Shown here: in pieces, positions 1-10,322 of the stretch | Layout of the letters: each line of letters opens with the position of its first letter | Numbering within the stretch: the stretch's first letter is position 1 | Virus record (IMG/VR): IMGVR_UViG_3300038423_000131 | Direction: 5' to 3' (one strand) | Origin: an uncultured virus (IMG/VR IMGVR_UViG_3300038423_000131) | Lineage: Duplodnaviria; Heunggongvirae; Uroviricota; Caudoviricetes | DNA length: 64,000 nucleotides | The notes under the pieces: generated by a model | Databases searched by the model: none | What the model saw: the letters and a program-made list of their open reading frames with translations, nothing else | Told to the model about the DNA's origin: nothing | Position numbers and translations under genes: made by a program

Positions 1-210
1 TTATTCTGTTTGCAAGATGATTCATCAAGCAAACAACCAAACAACCAATATATAGGACTCCCCTGCCAAATACAGCGATTTTTGAGGTAATTGCCTACAC
101 TCCGCCAAGACGTATAATTGCCCAGTTTGAAAACAAAAGGGCTATTTATTTTGGGCGGTTTCTAAAAAAAAATTACGCAACTACTTAACTAATTTAGGGC
201 TATTCATTTT

Positions 211-229
211 AACCGAAAGATTTATATAT
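211..229 (+). promoter_or_regulatory. Representative BRE-TATA promoter AACCnnAAnnTTTAwATA
   Basis: Near-identical motif before many genes, for example at about 3783, 8118, 18180, 25908, 41162, 50799, 58669 and 59781. Confidence 0.75.
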
Positions 230-260
230 TTGATTGTGTATTGTGTAGATAGTGATTTAA

Positions 261-1139
261 ATGAAAAAGATATGTACACAATGCGGTAAAGAATTTGAAG
301 CAATTAGAAATGGACAAAAATATTGCTCTCAGTATTGTTTTCAGTTGGCGGCTAAATTAACTCAAAGCAGTAGCAAGACGCAAGAGGAACGAATAGTCGT
401 TAAATTAACTTCGGAAACACCGATAACTATAGTTAATCTTGCTGATGCTCATGGTAATATTGACTATATACAATCTGTGGTCAATGAAGTTCAAAAGCAT
501 GATAATTGGTTTGTAATGATTAACGGCGACCTTTGGGATGCAGACCAGTATTCAACTCATCCAACTTTGAAAACTAAGTCGTTATCTGAATCAGTCAATG
601 AAGTCAGAGATATACTTTTCCCAATAGCTGATAAAATAATTGGTTTTGTTTGGGGTAATCATGAAGAACGATGTTTCCGTAATCCGTCTGGTAAAGGTAG
701 TATGCCAAGTTATTTCGATGTTTTCTTTAATGCTATCAAAGCCAAGAACCCAAATTTTCAATATGCCACGCCAATGCAATCGTTTATAGTTGAAATCACG
801 GTCAAAGGTAAACTCTATAGAATAATGTTTAAGCATGGCAAATCTGCTGGTGAAACTTTTGGAGTAACTGAATTTCGAAAAGTCTTAGAAGTTAATGATA
901 GATTAGATGTCGTAGTTTTATCCCATGTTCATATACCTATGTATATGGTCGTAAAATTAGTGGCTACAAAGAGCATAGAAGAAGAAGAAATAACTAAAGA
1001 CGATAGAATAGTGCATTTCGTTAGAACAACTGCTGGGATACCATTCTTTGATTATCAAGATAAAGGCAATATGTTTGTCAGTCCATTAGGATTAACTAAG
1101 TTGATTTTTAACGGAGAGCTAAAAGTTGAACTTAGATAA
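261..1139 (+). CDS. Calcineurin-like metallophosphoesterase with N-terminal Zn finger
   Basis: Motifs DAHG, GDLWD, GNHE, KHG and SHVH in canonical order; N-terminal CxxC...YCSxxC. Confidence 0.8.
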   Translation: MKKICTQCGKEFEAIRNGQKYCSQYCFQLAAKLTQSSSKTQEERIVVKLTSETPITIVNLADAHGNIDYIQSVVNEVQKHDNWFVMINGDLWDADQYSTHPTLKTKSLSESVNEVRDILFPIADKIIGFVWGNHEERCFRNPSGKGSMPSYFDVFFNAIKAKNPNFQYATPMQSFIVEITVKGKLYRIMFKHGKSAGETFGVTEFRKVLEVNDRLDVVVLSHVHIPMYMVVKLVATKSIEEEEITKDDRIVHFVRTTAGIPFFDYQDKGNMFVSPLGLTKLIFNGELKVELR

Positions 1140-1173
1140 TTCTTTTTTTTTATATTATTTATGGTGATTATTA

Positions 1174-2133
1174 ATGAAAAGAAAATCAATAGAAAATGAT
1201 GAAATTATTTCCCAATACTCCACTCATGAAAATTGGCTACCAGCCGAAGATTTATCAAAAATGTTAGGAATTTCAAGTGATAGTGTTTGTCATATAAGAG
1301 CAAGATTAGAGATAAAATTAATTTGCCCTAATTGTAAAAATGAGTTTAATTATGGTTATACTAAAGCATGTAATAGAAGAAGAACTAATATACATAAAGA
1401 CCCAAAATTTTGTTCATATGAATGTTGGAAAGAATATATGAAAAAGGAGTTTAGTAAAGAATGTCCAGTATGTCATAAATCTTTTACTGGTAGTTCATAT
1501 TTTTGTAGTAATAAATGTAAGAATGTTGAGAAAAAAAGATTTGAAGAAATACGAATAAAAACAGCAATAGATAAACATAGAAAAATTTGTCCTGAATGTG
1601 GTATAGAATTTATTAAAAACCAAGGACATCAAATTTTTTGTTCTAAACTTTGTAGAATTAAACACCATAAATTAAAGACTATAAAAGGTATATGTAAACA
1701 ATGTGGGGAGGAATTTTTTTATGGTGGAACGGAAGTAAAGAATTTTTGCTCAAATAAGTGTTGGGGTATTTATGCAAGTAAAGAGTCTGCAAAACAGGGT
1801 AATTTCAATTTCACAGGAAGAACTTTTGCTTATTTCATACTTACTCTTAGAAAATCTAATCGTGCCGCCTATCTTAAAACTTTAGATGAAATAAAACATA
1901 CTTTAGATGATGGTGAATATGAATTATTCTATAATAAATTTCATAGAGTCCTTGCTAAATTCCAAATTAGTTTTAATGGTAAATCTTTTAGGAAAGAGAT
2001 GAATTATAATGGGTTATGGACTAAAGTATTAGCTAATCCTCATACTCTTTCCGTAAGAAAATACCGAGAAGGAGTGAAAAATAGGGCAGAATTAATGAGG
2101 CATTTAGAAGTTATAAAGCATTATGTTAAGTAA
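1174..2133 (+). CDS. Protein with four tandem treble-clef-like Zn-binding repeats
   Basis: Repeated CPxC...F...FCSxxC units. Confidence 0.6.
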   Translation: MKRKSIENDEIISQYSTHENWLPAEDLSKMLGISSDSVCHIRARLEIKLICPNCKNEFNYGYTKACNRRRTNIHKDPKFCSYECWKEYMKKEFSKECPVCHKSFTGSSYFCSNKCKNVEKKRFEEIRIKTAIDKHRKICPECGIEFIKNQGHQIFCSKLCRIKHHKLKTIKGICKQCGEEFFYGGTEVKNFCSNKCWGIYASKESAKQGNFNFTGRTFAYFILTLRKSNRAAYLKTLDEIKHTLDDGEYELFYNKFHRVLAKFQISFNGKSFRKEMNYNGLWTKVLANPHTLSVRKYREGVKNRAELMRHLEVIKHYVK

Positions 2134-2233
2134 TTGCTTAAATGATTGCTGTGTCAGCAGGGTTAGTTGCCTTCGGTTACAATTACCGATAGCTTTAAAT
2201 AGGTGAAAACCATATTTATTAACAGGTGAATTA

Positions 2234-2509
2234 ATGGGTTTAGTAGATTTAGTAGTTAATTTACTAATAGTAGCTAACATTTTGATGCTGATTTCTAATA
2301 TACCTTCTTTTAGAACATTATTGAAGGAACGTAATATAATAACTGGTTACTCCATAATTGGTTGTGGGCTTACTTTAATTGGGTGTATAATTTTCGATAT
2401 TTGTTATCTTTTGTTTGGTTTTTATTCAGTATTTTTTATTTCTCTTCCTACAGATATATTTTGGGTATTAGCATTTATATTTAGTTTAAAGAAATGGTTA
2501 AAGCGATGA
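2234..2509 (+). CDS. Small membrane protein, about 3 TM helices (PQ-loop-like, weak)
   Basis: Three hydrophobic segments; GGTGA RBS and TATA box upstream. Confidence 0.4.
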   Translation: MGLVDLVVNLLIVANILMLISNIPSFRTLLKERNIITGYSIIGCGLTLIGCIIFDICYLLFGFYSVFFISLPTDIFWVLAFIFSLKKWLKR

Positions 2510-3266
2510 TTATGGTAAGAATAAAGGTTGGAGACATGGTTAAACTTGAGGGTGGAAGAATCGGAACAGTCGTAGATATATACAAGTGGGGTTCGAAAAT
2601 TTATTGGGTCAGGCTTGAAGGCGAAATGAATATCAAGATACTTGTTCAAGATGCAAACAGTAAAGTCCAGTATGAAGACTTGCCTAAAGCAAAACCTTAT
2701 TCTCCATTTTTGTTTAGGCAGTCAGGTGATTAATATGCCAAGAAAGAAAACAGTGGGTAAAATAGATATTGGTGATTCAAAAGATGATGCTTTTAGTGAT
2801 AAGTATGAGTGGTGGCTGATGGATGACGGCACAATTAGGAGCAGACCCAAGAGGAAATATGAAACATTCATATTCAGGTGACTTTATGGCTGAAAGCGTA
2901 GATGTTGGCGTTTATTGTTTTGTTAAGGATGGAATAAAAATCATTAAGCAAATTAAAAAGGATGGGGAATGGCAATCTATAATGTGCCCTGAAAAATTTA
3001 GACCTGAATGCAGGAAATGCAGGTATAGGTCATCAAAAGGTTTTGTATTCCGATAAGTTTAAATACTTGATTAACATTAAAGTTAGTGGTGATTATATGC
3101 ATGTATCAGGTAGAACAGAAAGAGTTTGGGATAAAACTGAGAATAATTATCGAGAGATTCATTGTTCTCAATCAGAAATTGAGGCAGAAGATAGAACTGG
3201 TAATATTTCAGCTACTATAGGTGATGCACACACTTATAATAGACCGATTCGAAGAGAGGAATAATT

Positions 3267-3407
3267 ATGCCTTATCCAAAAAAGGGTGAAAAGAAATCGG
3301 ATTATGTTGAAAGGTTCATGGGTAGTGCCGAAGCGAAGCGTGATTATCCAGACCAAAAACAGCGTGTTGCCGTAGCAATGAGTATATATAAGAGGAAGAA
3401 GAAATGA
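3267..3407 (+). CDS. Small 46-aa phage protein (not in the ORF track)
   Basis: MPYPKKGEKKSDYVERFMG...YPDQKQRVAVAMS resembles a small domain common in phage head modules. Confidence 0.45.
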   Translation: MPYPKKGEKKSDYVERFMGSAEAKRDYPDQKQRVAVAMSIYKRKKK

Positions 3408-3829
3408 TTGATGCTAATAGTAGCGTAACATTGGCTGTATTGATTTTCTGGTTTATGGCAATTGTTTATTATTGGCATTGGTATAAAAGAAGTTTAAAGA
3501 AATGACCGAAGAAGCTAACGATATTGTTATAAAAAGATTACAGAATAGAATTAATGAGTTGGGTGATGAGAAGAAAGAGTTAGAGTTTAGGGTTAAATCT
3601 ACTATGGCTAAGAATGAGAGGCTTGAAAGAGAAAACGAAATGCTTAGAAATAAGATAGAGGAAAATACTTGGAATGAAATAGATAAGGATGATAATGATG
3701 AGAGATGAGTGTTTAAAGTGTCTGCCTAAAGATTCGGCACATAGAAATAAAGAACCTGATTGCGCTAACTGTAAATATGTTAACCATAAGGTTTAAATAT
3801 CTCTTTGATAATTATAAAGTGGTGATTAA

Positions 3830-4117
3830 ATGTCAACAGGTCAAAAATCAGGTAAAGGCACTCATGGTTCACTTACTAAAGCAGGTAAAGTTCGCCGTAA
3901 TACGCCTATTAATGTGAATAATCTTCGTAAAGTTGTTAAACCAATAAAAGGTAAGGGTAAAGAGAGTGGAAAAATTCAAGGTTCAGTAACTATGATAATG
4001 CATCATAAAAAGAAACATGCTTGCCCAAGAGTTGCCAAGAAAAGGCTTGCTCATTTAAGGATGACACAGGAAGAGGGCGGTCTTGGTCGTAACATTGGAC
4101 AATGGAGAGAACCGTAA
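3830..4117 (+). CDS. rps30e: Ribosomal protein eS30 (S30e) homolog
   Basis: HGSLTKAGKVRRNTP matches the eS30 signature, followed by a basic PRVAKKR segment; own TATA promoter near 3783-3800. Confidence 0.8.
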   Translation: MSTGQKSGKGTHGSLTKAGKVRRNTPINVNNLRKVVKPIKGKGKESGKIQGSVTMIMHHKKKHACPRVAKKRLAHLRMTQEEGGLGRNIGQWREP

Positions 4118-4395
4118 TGGAAACTCAAAAACTTTATTATTGCCAACATTGTAACAAGTTTGTGCCATATGAAGAGATAATTGAGAATCCTTGTCCTTGG
4201 TGCTTAACTCCAATGCGAAAGCATAAAAAATGTGGCGGAAAAGTGACCCTAAAATAAACTCATTTTTTGAGTTTTTATAACAATTTTTGTTAATTTATTG
4301 GCGTTAAAAGTAACCAAAAGATTTATATTTAAGCAATTATTTAACATTATTCATAGGGTGACGTTAGATAGGTCATCGTTAAAAAGGTGTAAAAT

Positions 4396-5652
4396 ATGAC
4401 TGTAAATAATAGTTTACCAAATGAAACGCAAGGTAATAAACAGTATGACGACTATCGTGTGTCGCCAAATAATATATATTCTGCTGAACCAGACGTATAT
4501 GATGTAACTGGTTTTAATTCTAAATTTTGTCAAACTTTAGGAACCTTGACTGATGTTCAAGTGACAAACCTTATAAATGGATACATAGCTAAAGCTGATG
4601 AGCGAATTCGTAGATGGCTTGGTGTTCCAATCACAGTTAGAAAAGAAGGACATGAATTTTTCAATAATCCAGTAGTTCAACTTGGTCCAGAGCGTGAAGA
4701 CCCGTTTGAAATGTTTGGTTCATACGATGTAAGCGATAAAACTGTTGAAATCTATGCGATTTACTATAATGAATACAGAACAAAGATTCCTTACCCGAAA
4801 AATTGGGACCAATTTACTGAACCAAATGCAGTTGGCTTATGGGGAGTAGATAGTGGAATAGTAGGTGGAACGCCCACAACTATTGTGGGAGATACAACTA
4901 ACTTTAAATGCGGAGTAGGAAGCCTAAAAGTTGTAGTATCAAGACCTGCTGTTGGTGGTAACACACCTGTTGGTAACATTGTTTTCCCAAAGAATAAAAA
5001 CTTCAACAGACGAATTTATCCTTGGTTCTACTGTGGATTTTACTTCATGACTGATACACCATCAGCAAACTTCCAATTTAGAATGGTTAGAAATACAGGA
5101 AGCTACTATTATGGAAACTTTACCGCAAGTAGTGTAGGTGGTGCACTTGCAAATACTTGGATTCCTATAATGTTAAGTATCAGACGATTCCAATTTGCAA
5201 ACATTGCTGGCGAAGGAGCACAACCAGATTTCAACTGGATATTAACACCAACACAATACATTGAAATAACTGCTGACAGACCATGCACTTTTTGGATTGA
5301 CAATTTCAGTTTCAATGATGGATTCTTTGCGACATATCCAGAAGGCACAATATCATGGTGTATGCCAGAATGGTATCCAAGCGGCAGAATAACAGTAACA
5401 TACAGTTTTGACCCATACTTACTAAGTATTCCACCAGCATTATTAGAAGCAAGTTCGAAGTTGGCAGGGGTTTTATTGATTGATTGGGCTATAGGTAAAA
5501 GACAGATGGCTATTGCATTTGAGCAGTTGTCAGATACACTTGCTGAATCGCCTGATAAAGTAACTTTAGAGAATACACGGCGTAGATTAGAAACAGAAGC
5601 ATATAGTGCATTGGAGACATTAGGATATAAGTCATATGAAGGCATAGGTTAG
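4396..5652 (+). CDS. Putative head-tail adaptor with a large inserted beta-rich domain
   Basis: N-terminal YIAKADERIRRWLG and C-terminal ITVTYSF..IPPALLEASSKLAG resemble gp6/gp15-like adaptors. Confidence 0.5.
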   Translation: MTVNNSLPNETQGNKQYDDYRVSPNNIYSAEPDVYDVTGFNSKFCQTLGTLTDVQVTNLINGYIAKADERIRRWLGVPITVRKEGHEFFNNPVVQLGPEREDPFEMFGSYDVSDKTVEIYAIYYNEYRTKIPYPKNWDQFTEPNAVGLWGVDSGIVGGTPTTIVGDTTNFKCGVGSLKVVVSRPAVGGNTPVGNIVFPKNKNFNRRIYPWFYCGFYFMTDTPSANFQFRMVRNTGSYYYGNFTASSVGGALANTWIPIMLSIRRFQFANIAGEGAQPDFNWILTPTQYIEITADRPCTFWIDNFSFNDGFFATYPEGTISWCMPEWYPSGRITVTYSFDPYLLSIPPALLEASSKLAGVLLIDWAIGKRQMAIAFEQLSDTLAESPDKVTLENTRRRLETEAYSALETLGYKSYEGIG

Positions 5653-5662
5653 GTGGTTCTAA

Positions 5663-7591
5663 ATGGGATGGTATAATGCTTCATGGTTGCATCGAAAAAG
5701 CCATGTAATTATAGGGTCGTCAGGTGCAGGAACCAATTATCAGATACAGATTATTGTGCATAAAGGTGCTGGTATTGATGGTGGCAATGACGTTTATTTA
5801 GGTGGTAATTGTTTAGATAATTTTGGTGATATAAGGTTTACAGCAGATGACGGTATAACATTGTTAGATTATTGGATAGAATCTTATGTGTCTGGGACAT
5901 CAGCAGTTATTTGGGTGGAAGTAAGTGCCAATTTAGGTACAGATGAAACAATTTATATTTATTATGATAATAGTGGTGCAACTACAACAAGTAATGGTGA
6001 TGATACATTCCTTCTTTTTGATAATTTTCTTGGTTCATCGCTTGATACAAATAAATGGGTATCTTGGATAGCTGGTAATGGAACTGTTACCGTAAATAAT
6101 GGGCTTACTTTATATGACCCAGCACAGCTAAATTGTGGTGCTGGTATTCGTTCACTTGCAACTTTCACTAATAAAGCGTTACGGTTTAAAGGCATTTATG
6201 ATGCTGGCGCAACTGGAATTTATCAGGCTCTTGGATTTAATTTAGGAACTGATGGAACGAGTATAAATGATTTGATTGTTGGTCTAATGTGGAATAATGA
6301 AGATGGAAGGTTTTATACTGCTAAGTCATCAACTGCAACAAGCACAAGTGTAACAATTGGTAAAACTATTTCACATATATATGATGTTACTTGGATGCTT
6401 AATAGGGCTGAATTACTAAAGGATGGCGGTTCACTTGCTACCCACACAACTAACATTCAAACATCAGCAAATTATGTATTTCCCAGAATTTGGACTTATA
6501 GCGGTAATCCAGCAGTAACAACAACAACGACTATTGCTTGGATTTGTGTTAGAAATTTTATTTATCCTGAACCAGTAAACAGCACTTGGGGAAACGAAGA
6601 AACAGAATTAAAATATAATATTGATGTTATTTTCCAGAAACCATTACCATATAATGTTGATGTTATTATTGCTCCAATGCCTGTACAGTTACCAGCGAAT
6701 GTAGATGTGGCATTACAAAAATTAGATGTACCTTTAACTGAGCCTCTTGATGTTACTATTGAAAGGTTAAGATTAACTAAAAATGAACAGGCAGATGTAA
6801 CAATACAAAGATTAGATATACCTATAACTGAGCCTGTAGATGTCACTTTAGAACTTAAAGGTAAAAAAACATATAATATAGACGAATTATTTGCGATGTT
6901 AGGAATAACTAAAACTGATAGTGTAGATACTCTTGTAACAAAACTAAATGAAAATCAAATGAATAATATAGATGTAATTATTAAGGGAATAATGTATCAA
7001 ATAGATACAAAATTTATTTTGGGTAATATAAAATCAACGGATTTAGTTGATGCAATAATTGATGCTTTTCAATTGAAGGGTAGAATGAATGCTGTTAAAG
7101 AAAGTTTAATGAATAAAATTGCAACTTATGGTGCTTCTACATCATATAATTTTGCAGTTATAGATGCTTGGCGTATGCCTACTTATAATTTTAATGCTTT
7201 TGAAGGCAACCTTATTTCAGTAAAGATTATGCCGTCAAAAATGTCCAGATTAAGTTTTGGAAGCATAATAACTAATCAGTATTTCGGTCAATATTATACT
7301 TATCGTTTTACTATGCATGTTCTTTCAAGATATGTAGATTTAACTACTTATCCGCAACCAGTACCATTATTAGAAGCCAAAACTGCTATGAATATTGCCA
7401 AGGGATTAATTAATTATTTGCGTGTAAACCAAACAGACCCAGATAATGGCGTATTGGCTATTACGGATATTACGGCAAGAGAAAGCGACCCAGCAGGCTT
7501 AACAAGAGGCGGAGCACATCTTGCTCGTATAATTATAGAAGGGGTGGCTTTTGCGGAACGCCCATATCGCCATAAATATGAAGTAACATAA
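5663..7591 (+). CDS. Virion protein: DUF2341-like N-terminus, 15-aa repeats, tail-completion-like C-terminus
   Basis: FGDIRFTADDG..LLDYWIE...IYIYYDN motif; repeats like those in 45918-49184. Confidence 0.6.
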   Translation: MGWYNASWLHRKSHVIIGSSGAGTNYQIQIIVHKGAGIDGGNDVYLGGNCLDNFGDIRFTADDGITLLDYWIESYVSGTSAVIWVEVSANLGTDETIYIYYDNSGATTTSNGDDTFLLFDNFLGSSLDTNKWVSWIAGNGTVTVNNGLTLYDPAQLNCGAGIRSLATFTNKALRFKGIYDAGATGIYQALGFNLGTDGTSINDLIVGLMWNNEDGRFYTAKSSTATSTSVTIGKTISHIYDVTWMLNRAELLKDGGSLATHTTNIQTSANYVFPRIWTYSGNPAVTTTTTIAWICVRNFIYPEPVNSTWGNEETELKYNIDVIFQKPLPYNVDVIIAPMPVQLPANVDVALQKLDVPLTEPLDVTIERLRLTKNEQADVTIQRLDIPITEPVDVTLELKGKKTYNIDELFAMLGITKTDSVDTLVTKLNENQMNNIDVIIKGIMYQIDTKFILGNIKSTDLVDAIIDAFQLKGRMNAVKESLMNKIATYGASTSYNFAVIDAWRMPTYNFNAFEGNLISVKIMPSKMSRLSFGSIITNQYFGQYYTYRFTMHVLSRYVDLTTYPQPVPLLEAKTAMNIAKGLINYLRVNQTDPDNGVLAITDITARESDPAGLTRGGAHLARIIIEGVAFAERPYRHKYEVT

Positions 7592-7650
7592 ATTATGTTA
7601 ACACAAAGATTTATATAGGTGTTTGTATTACTAATACTAAAGGTGTTAGT

Positions 7651-8118
7651 ACGCCATACAAAGACCCAAAATCCCCAGCCGCAAAATCATCAAGACATAG
7701 AAGATACCTTAATTTAATAAATAAGATTGGTAGAGCAGAATATAATAAAGGACATAGAGAATATCGTAAAGCAAATCCAGAACAAAATAGATTATCTTCA
7801 AAATTATGGAGAAAGAACCATTCTGAGATGGTTGGTAAAGCCCAAAAAGATTATAGAAAAGAAATTATTAGTTTGCTTGGAAATAAATGTGCTAATCCGT
7901 ATAATATTGACCACTCAGGATTTGAACAATCGAAATATTATTTAATTTGTTTACAAATTGACCACATTAATAGTAATGGTAATAAAGAGAGAAAAATATT
8001 TAAAGGTTATAAACACATATTAAAACAAGTTAAATCAGGCAGTAAAGACTATCAATGTTTATGTCCAACTTGCAATTGGATTAAACGATATGTTAATGAA
8101 GAATTAAAAAGGGTTTAA
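7651..8118 (+). CDS. HNH homing-endonuclease-like protein with an apparent ACG start
   Basis: LQIDHI...YQCLCPTCN; the frame extends upstream of the ATG at 7828 to ACG-CCA-TAC-AAA-GAC-CCA, like MPYKDP of the paralog at 12235-12744. Confidence 0.7.
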   Translation, partial: TPYKDPKSPAAKSSRHRRYLNLINKIGRAEYNKGHREYRKANPEQNRLSSKLWRKNHSEMVGKAQKDYRKEIISLLGNKCANPYNIDHSGFEQSKYYLICLQIDHINSNGNKERKIFKGYKHILKQVKSGSKDYQCLCPTCNWIKRYVNEELKRV

Positions 8119-8162
8119 ACCATAAAGTTTAAATAGGGCTTTTCCGTAATATATTCTGATGG

Positions 8163-8609
8163 GTGATTATGGATTTCTATATTGTTAAACTAAAGATTCA
8201 GGATGAAATTGCTAACGCAAGTCCTTTACTTTATCCAATGGAAACTCATGTAAGCGGCAACTGGCATATTCAATCATATAATTTAGAAACTCAGAACTTT
8301 CCATTTGTTACAGTTAGGATGAGTGGAAGACTTCAACCTATGTATGGCAGACGCACTCCAACATTGCCGTTTGGTGAATTATATGGATATGATTTCTCAT
8401 TGTTTGTATTTGCCGATTCAATGCATAATTCAAGAGCGATAGCAGACTTAATAATTGATTATTTCCAAATGAATAACAAATTTTCAAATGTCAAAATAAT
8501 TGATATTGTAGATTTCAATTCTAAAGAGTCCGTTTTAACAATTGGAGCAAGACATTATTGGAGAACCATAGTTGAATTTACAGTATTAACAGAAGAAGCA
8601 TTAACTTAA
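8163..8609 (+). CDS. Putative tail completion/terminator protein
   Basis: FPFVTV...FSLFVF..SRAIADLI pattern and size. Confidence 0.45.
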   Translation: MIMDFYIVKLKIQDEIANASPLLYPMETHVSGNWHIQSYNLETQNFPFVTVRMSGRLQPMYGRRTPTLPFGELYGYDFSLFVFADSMHNSRAIADLIIDYFQMNNKFSNVKIIDIVDFNSKESVLTIGARHYWRTIVEFTVLTEEALT

Positions 8610-8646
8610 ATAGACCAAAAAGTTTATATATTACTTATTGATTATA

Positions 8647-8845
8647 AATCAGGAGCGAAGGGGCTATCTCGAAGGTGTTGGTCCAACGATACCAGAGATA
8701 AAAGCGATGAAACTGAGCCGTGTAAACCGTTGCGATGGATGAGCCTGCCTTCTTTGCGTCAGTTGCCAACAACTATAAAGTTGGTGGTCTCCCTGTGTGT
8801 GAGTTAGGCAGGGATGCAGATTAAATCCCCTAACCTGCCTTTTAT
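8647..8845 (+). ncRNA. Candidate structured ncRNA
   Basis: GC-rich, no ORF, several hairpins, TATA promoter at about 8613-8632, ends in a T-run. Confidence 0.45.
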
Positions 8846-9205
8846 TTTTTGTATTATTGAATCAAAAGATTTTTATAGTAGTTAAGCAATTACTTAAAAT
8901 TGCTCGACATTTAATCGGCGGAAGTCTCGGCAAAAGGTTTGAAAGTTGGGGTAGGTTTTAGCCCTACCTGCCCCTTAAAATTAATGGTGATAAATATGGT
9001 TGAAGCGTGTTATTTGGGTAAACAGAAGAAAATAAAGACTTGCGAAGAATGTTGGTGCAAATTGAATTGTAATAAATTTTTAGAAAAAAAGTAAGTAGGG
9101 CAGAGTAGGCGATGGAAGACGCTGAGTTCTTTACCTATCGCCTAAACTCTATATGTGCCCATAATTATGCTAAAGTAAATCACTTATTTAAAGTTATTGG
9201 TAAAA

Positions 9206-9688
9206 TTAACCTATTGCTTTCCAGCGTATATTAACTTGATTATTAACTACTGTAAAGTTTACTGTGAAACCATCATTATCCATAGAAACAAGAGTGCCCA
9301 ATAATTGTGTTGCTCCCGAAGTATTTATACAGTACAAACATACATTAAACTTTTCATCAGCCCATATACCCACATTACTCATAGGAATAGCAGACCATGT
9401 AGAAACATTTTGATTACCTTTAGCATCAGCAAAACCATGTGCTTCTACTATTCTCATTTCTAACCCAACATTTTTACAAATAAAAAACTCTATTACTTTA
9501 GGTTTAAATCCTAATCCTGTTACAGAATAGTTACCTGTTATTGATGGGCAAACAAAATACCCTATTTGGGCATTTATAGGACTCGATGGACCTTTAATGT
9601 TACCTATTTTATTCCAAGTTCCACTAAGCTTTTGAAAAACATCTCCCGTAGTAACATTTAAATAGTAGTCTCCATTAACGCCTGTCAT
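9206..9688 (-). CDS. Tail-fibre-associated protein
   Basis: GDYYLN..GDVFQK..GTW..GNIKGP motif plus TGLGFKPK domain. Confidence 0.5.
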   Translation of the reverse strand: MTGVNGDYYLNVTTGDVFQKLSGTWNKIGNIKGPSSPINAQIGYFVCPSITGNYSVTGLGFKPKVIEFFICKNVGLEMRIVEAHGFADAKGNQNVSTWSAIPMSNVGIWADEKFNVCLYCINTSGATQLLGTLVSMDNDGFTVNFTVVNNQVNIRWKAIG

Positions 9689-9698
9689 TTAAATCGCC

Positions 9699-9959
9699 TT
9701 AAGTTGGGTCAACTGTACCGTTATACCATTGTTGTGCTGGTGTACCAGCAACTCCTTGAACTCCTTGGTCTCCCTTTGCTCCAGTTTCTCCTTGAACACC
9801 TTGCTCTCCTTGAATACCCTGTTCTCCCTGTATTCCTTGTGGACCAGTAAGATTACCTATTAAAACCCATGCTGGAGTAGTAGCTGGTGGAGTAATTACA
9901 TATTGAAACACCTTACCATTTGCAGTATTGAGATAATAATCACCTACATTATATGCCAT
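9699..9959 (-). CDS. Collagen-like (Gly-X-Y) fibre protein
   Basis: About 12 consecutive GXY triplets. Confidence 0.7.
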   Translation of the reverse strand: MAYNVGDYYLNTANGKVFQYVITPPATTPAWVLIGNLTGPQGIQGEQGIQGEQGVQGETGAKGDQGVQGVAGTPAQQWYNGTVDPT

Positions 9960-9973
9960 ACAATCACCACCTT

Positions 9974-10255
9974 TTATATTGGATTAGTAGTACCGAATAT
10001 GAAATTATTATATAAGTTTGTTAATTTCCAAATAATAATGCGAATTTGTTCATCCCATCTAAAACCCATAAGCGTAACCGTTATAGATGTTTCATCTAAA
10101 GCTGACCATTGAACTTTCCAAGGTTCAACTATTGATATTCCACTATTTCCATTTTAATACATTGCATAAATAAAAAGGTCTTTAGTTCCAAGGTTATGTT
10201 TAACATTAATCGTTTCTGAATCTGATTTTAACCATCCACTATCATAGTCTGCCAT
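9974..10255 (-). pseudogene. 93-codon gene with one internal TAA (pseudogene or readthrough)
   Basis: MADYDSGW...HNLGTKDLFIYAMY*NGNSG...SITVT...IRIIIWK reads as one coherent domain across the TAA at 10154-10156; GGTG RBS and TATA box upstream. Confidence 0.6.
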
Positions 10256-10322
10256 TTAATACACCAAATAATTATTAGTTAAGCAACTATTTAAATCTTT
10301 TCCTAAATAAAAACATGGTTAG

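Noticed and set aside
1..200. Genome terminus or replication origin
   Set aside because: Only a short CAAACAAC duplication is present, which is too little evidence within the window.
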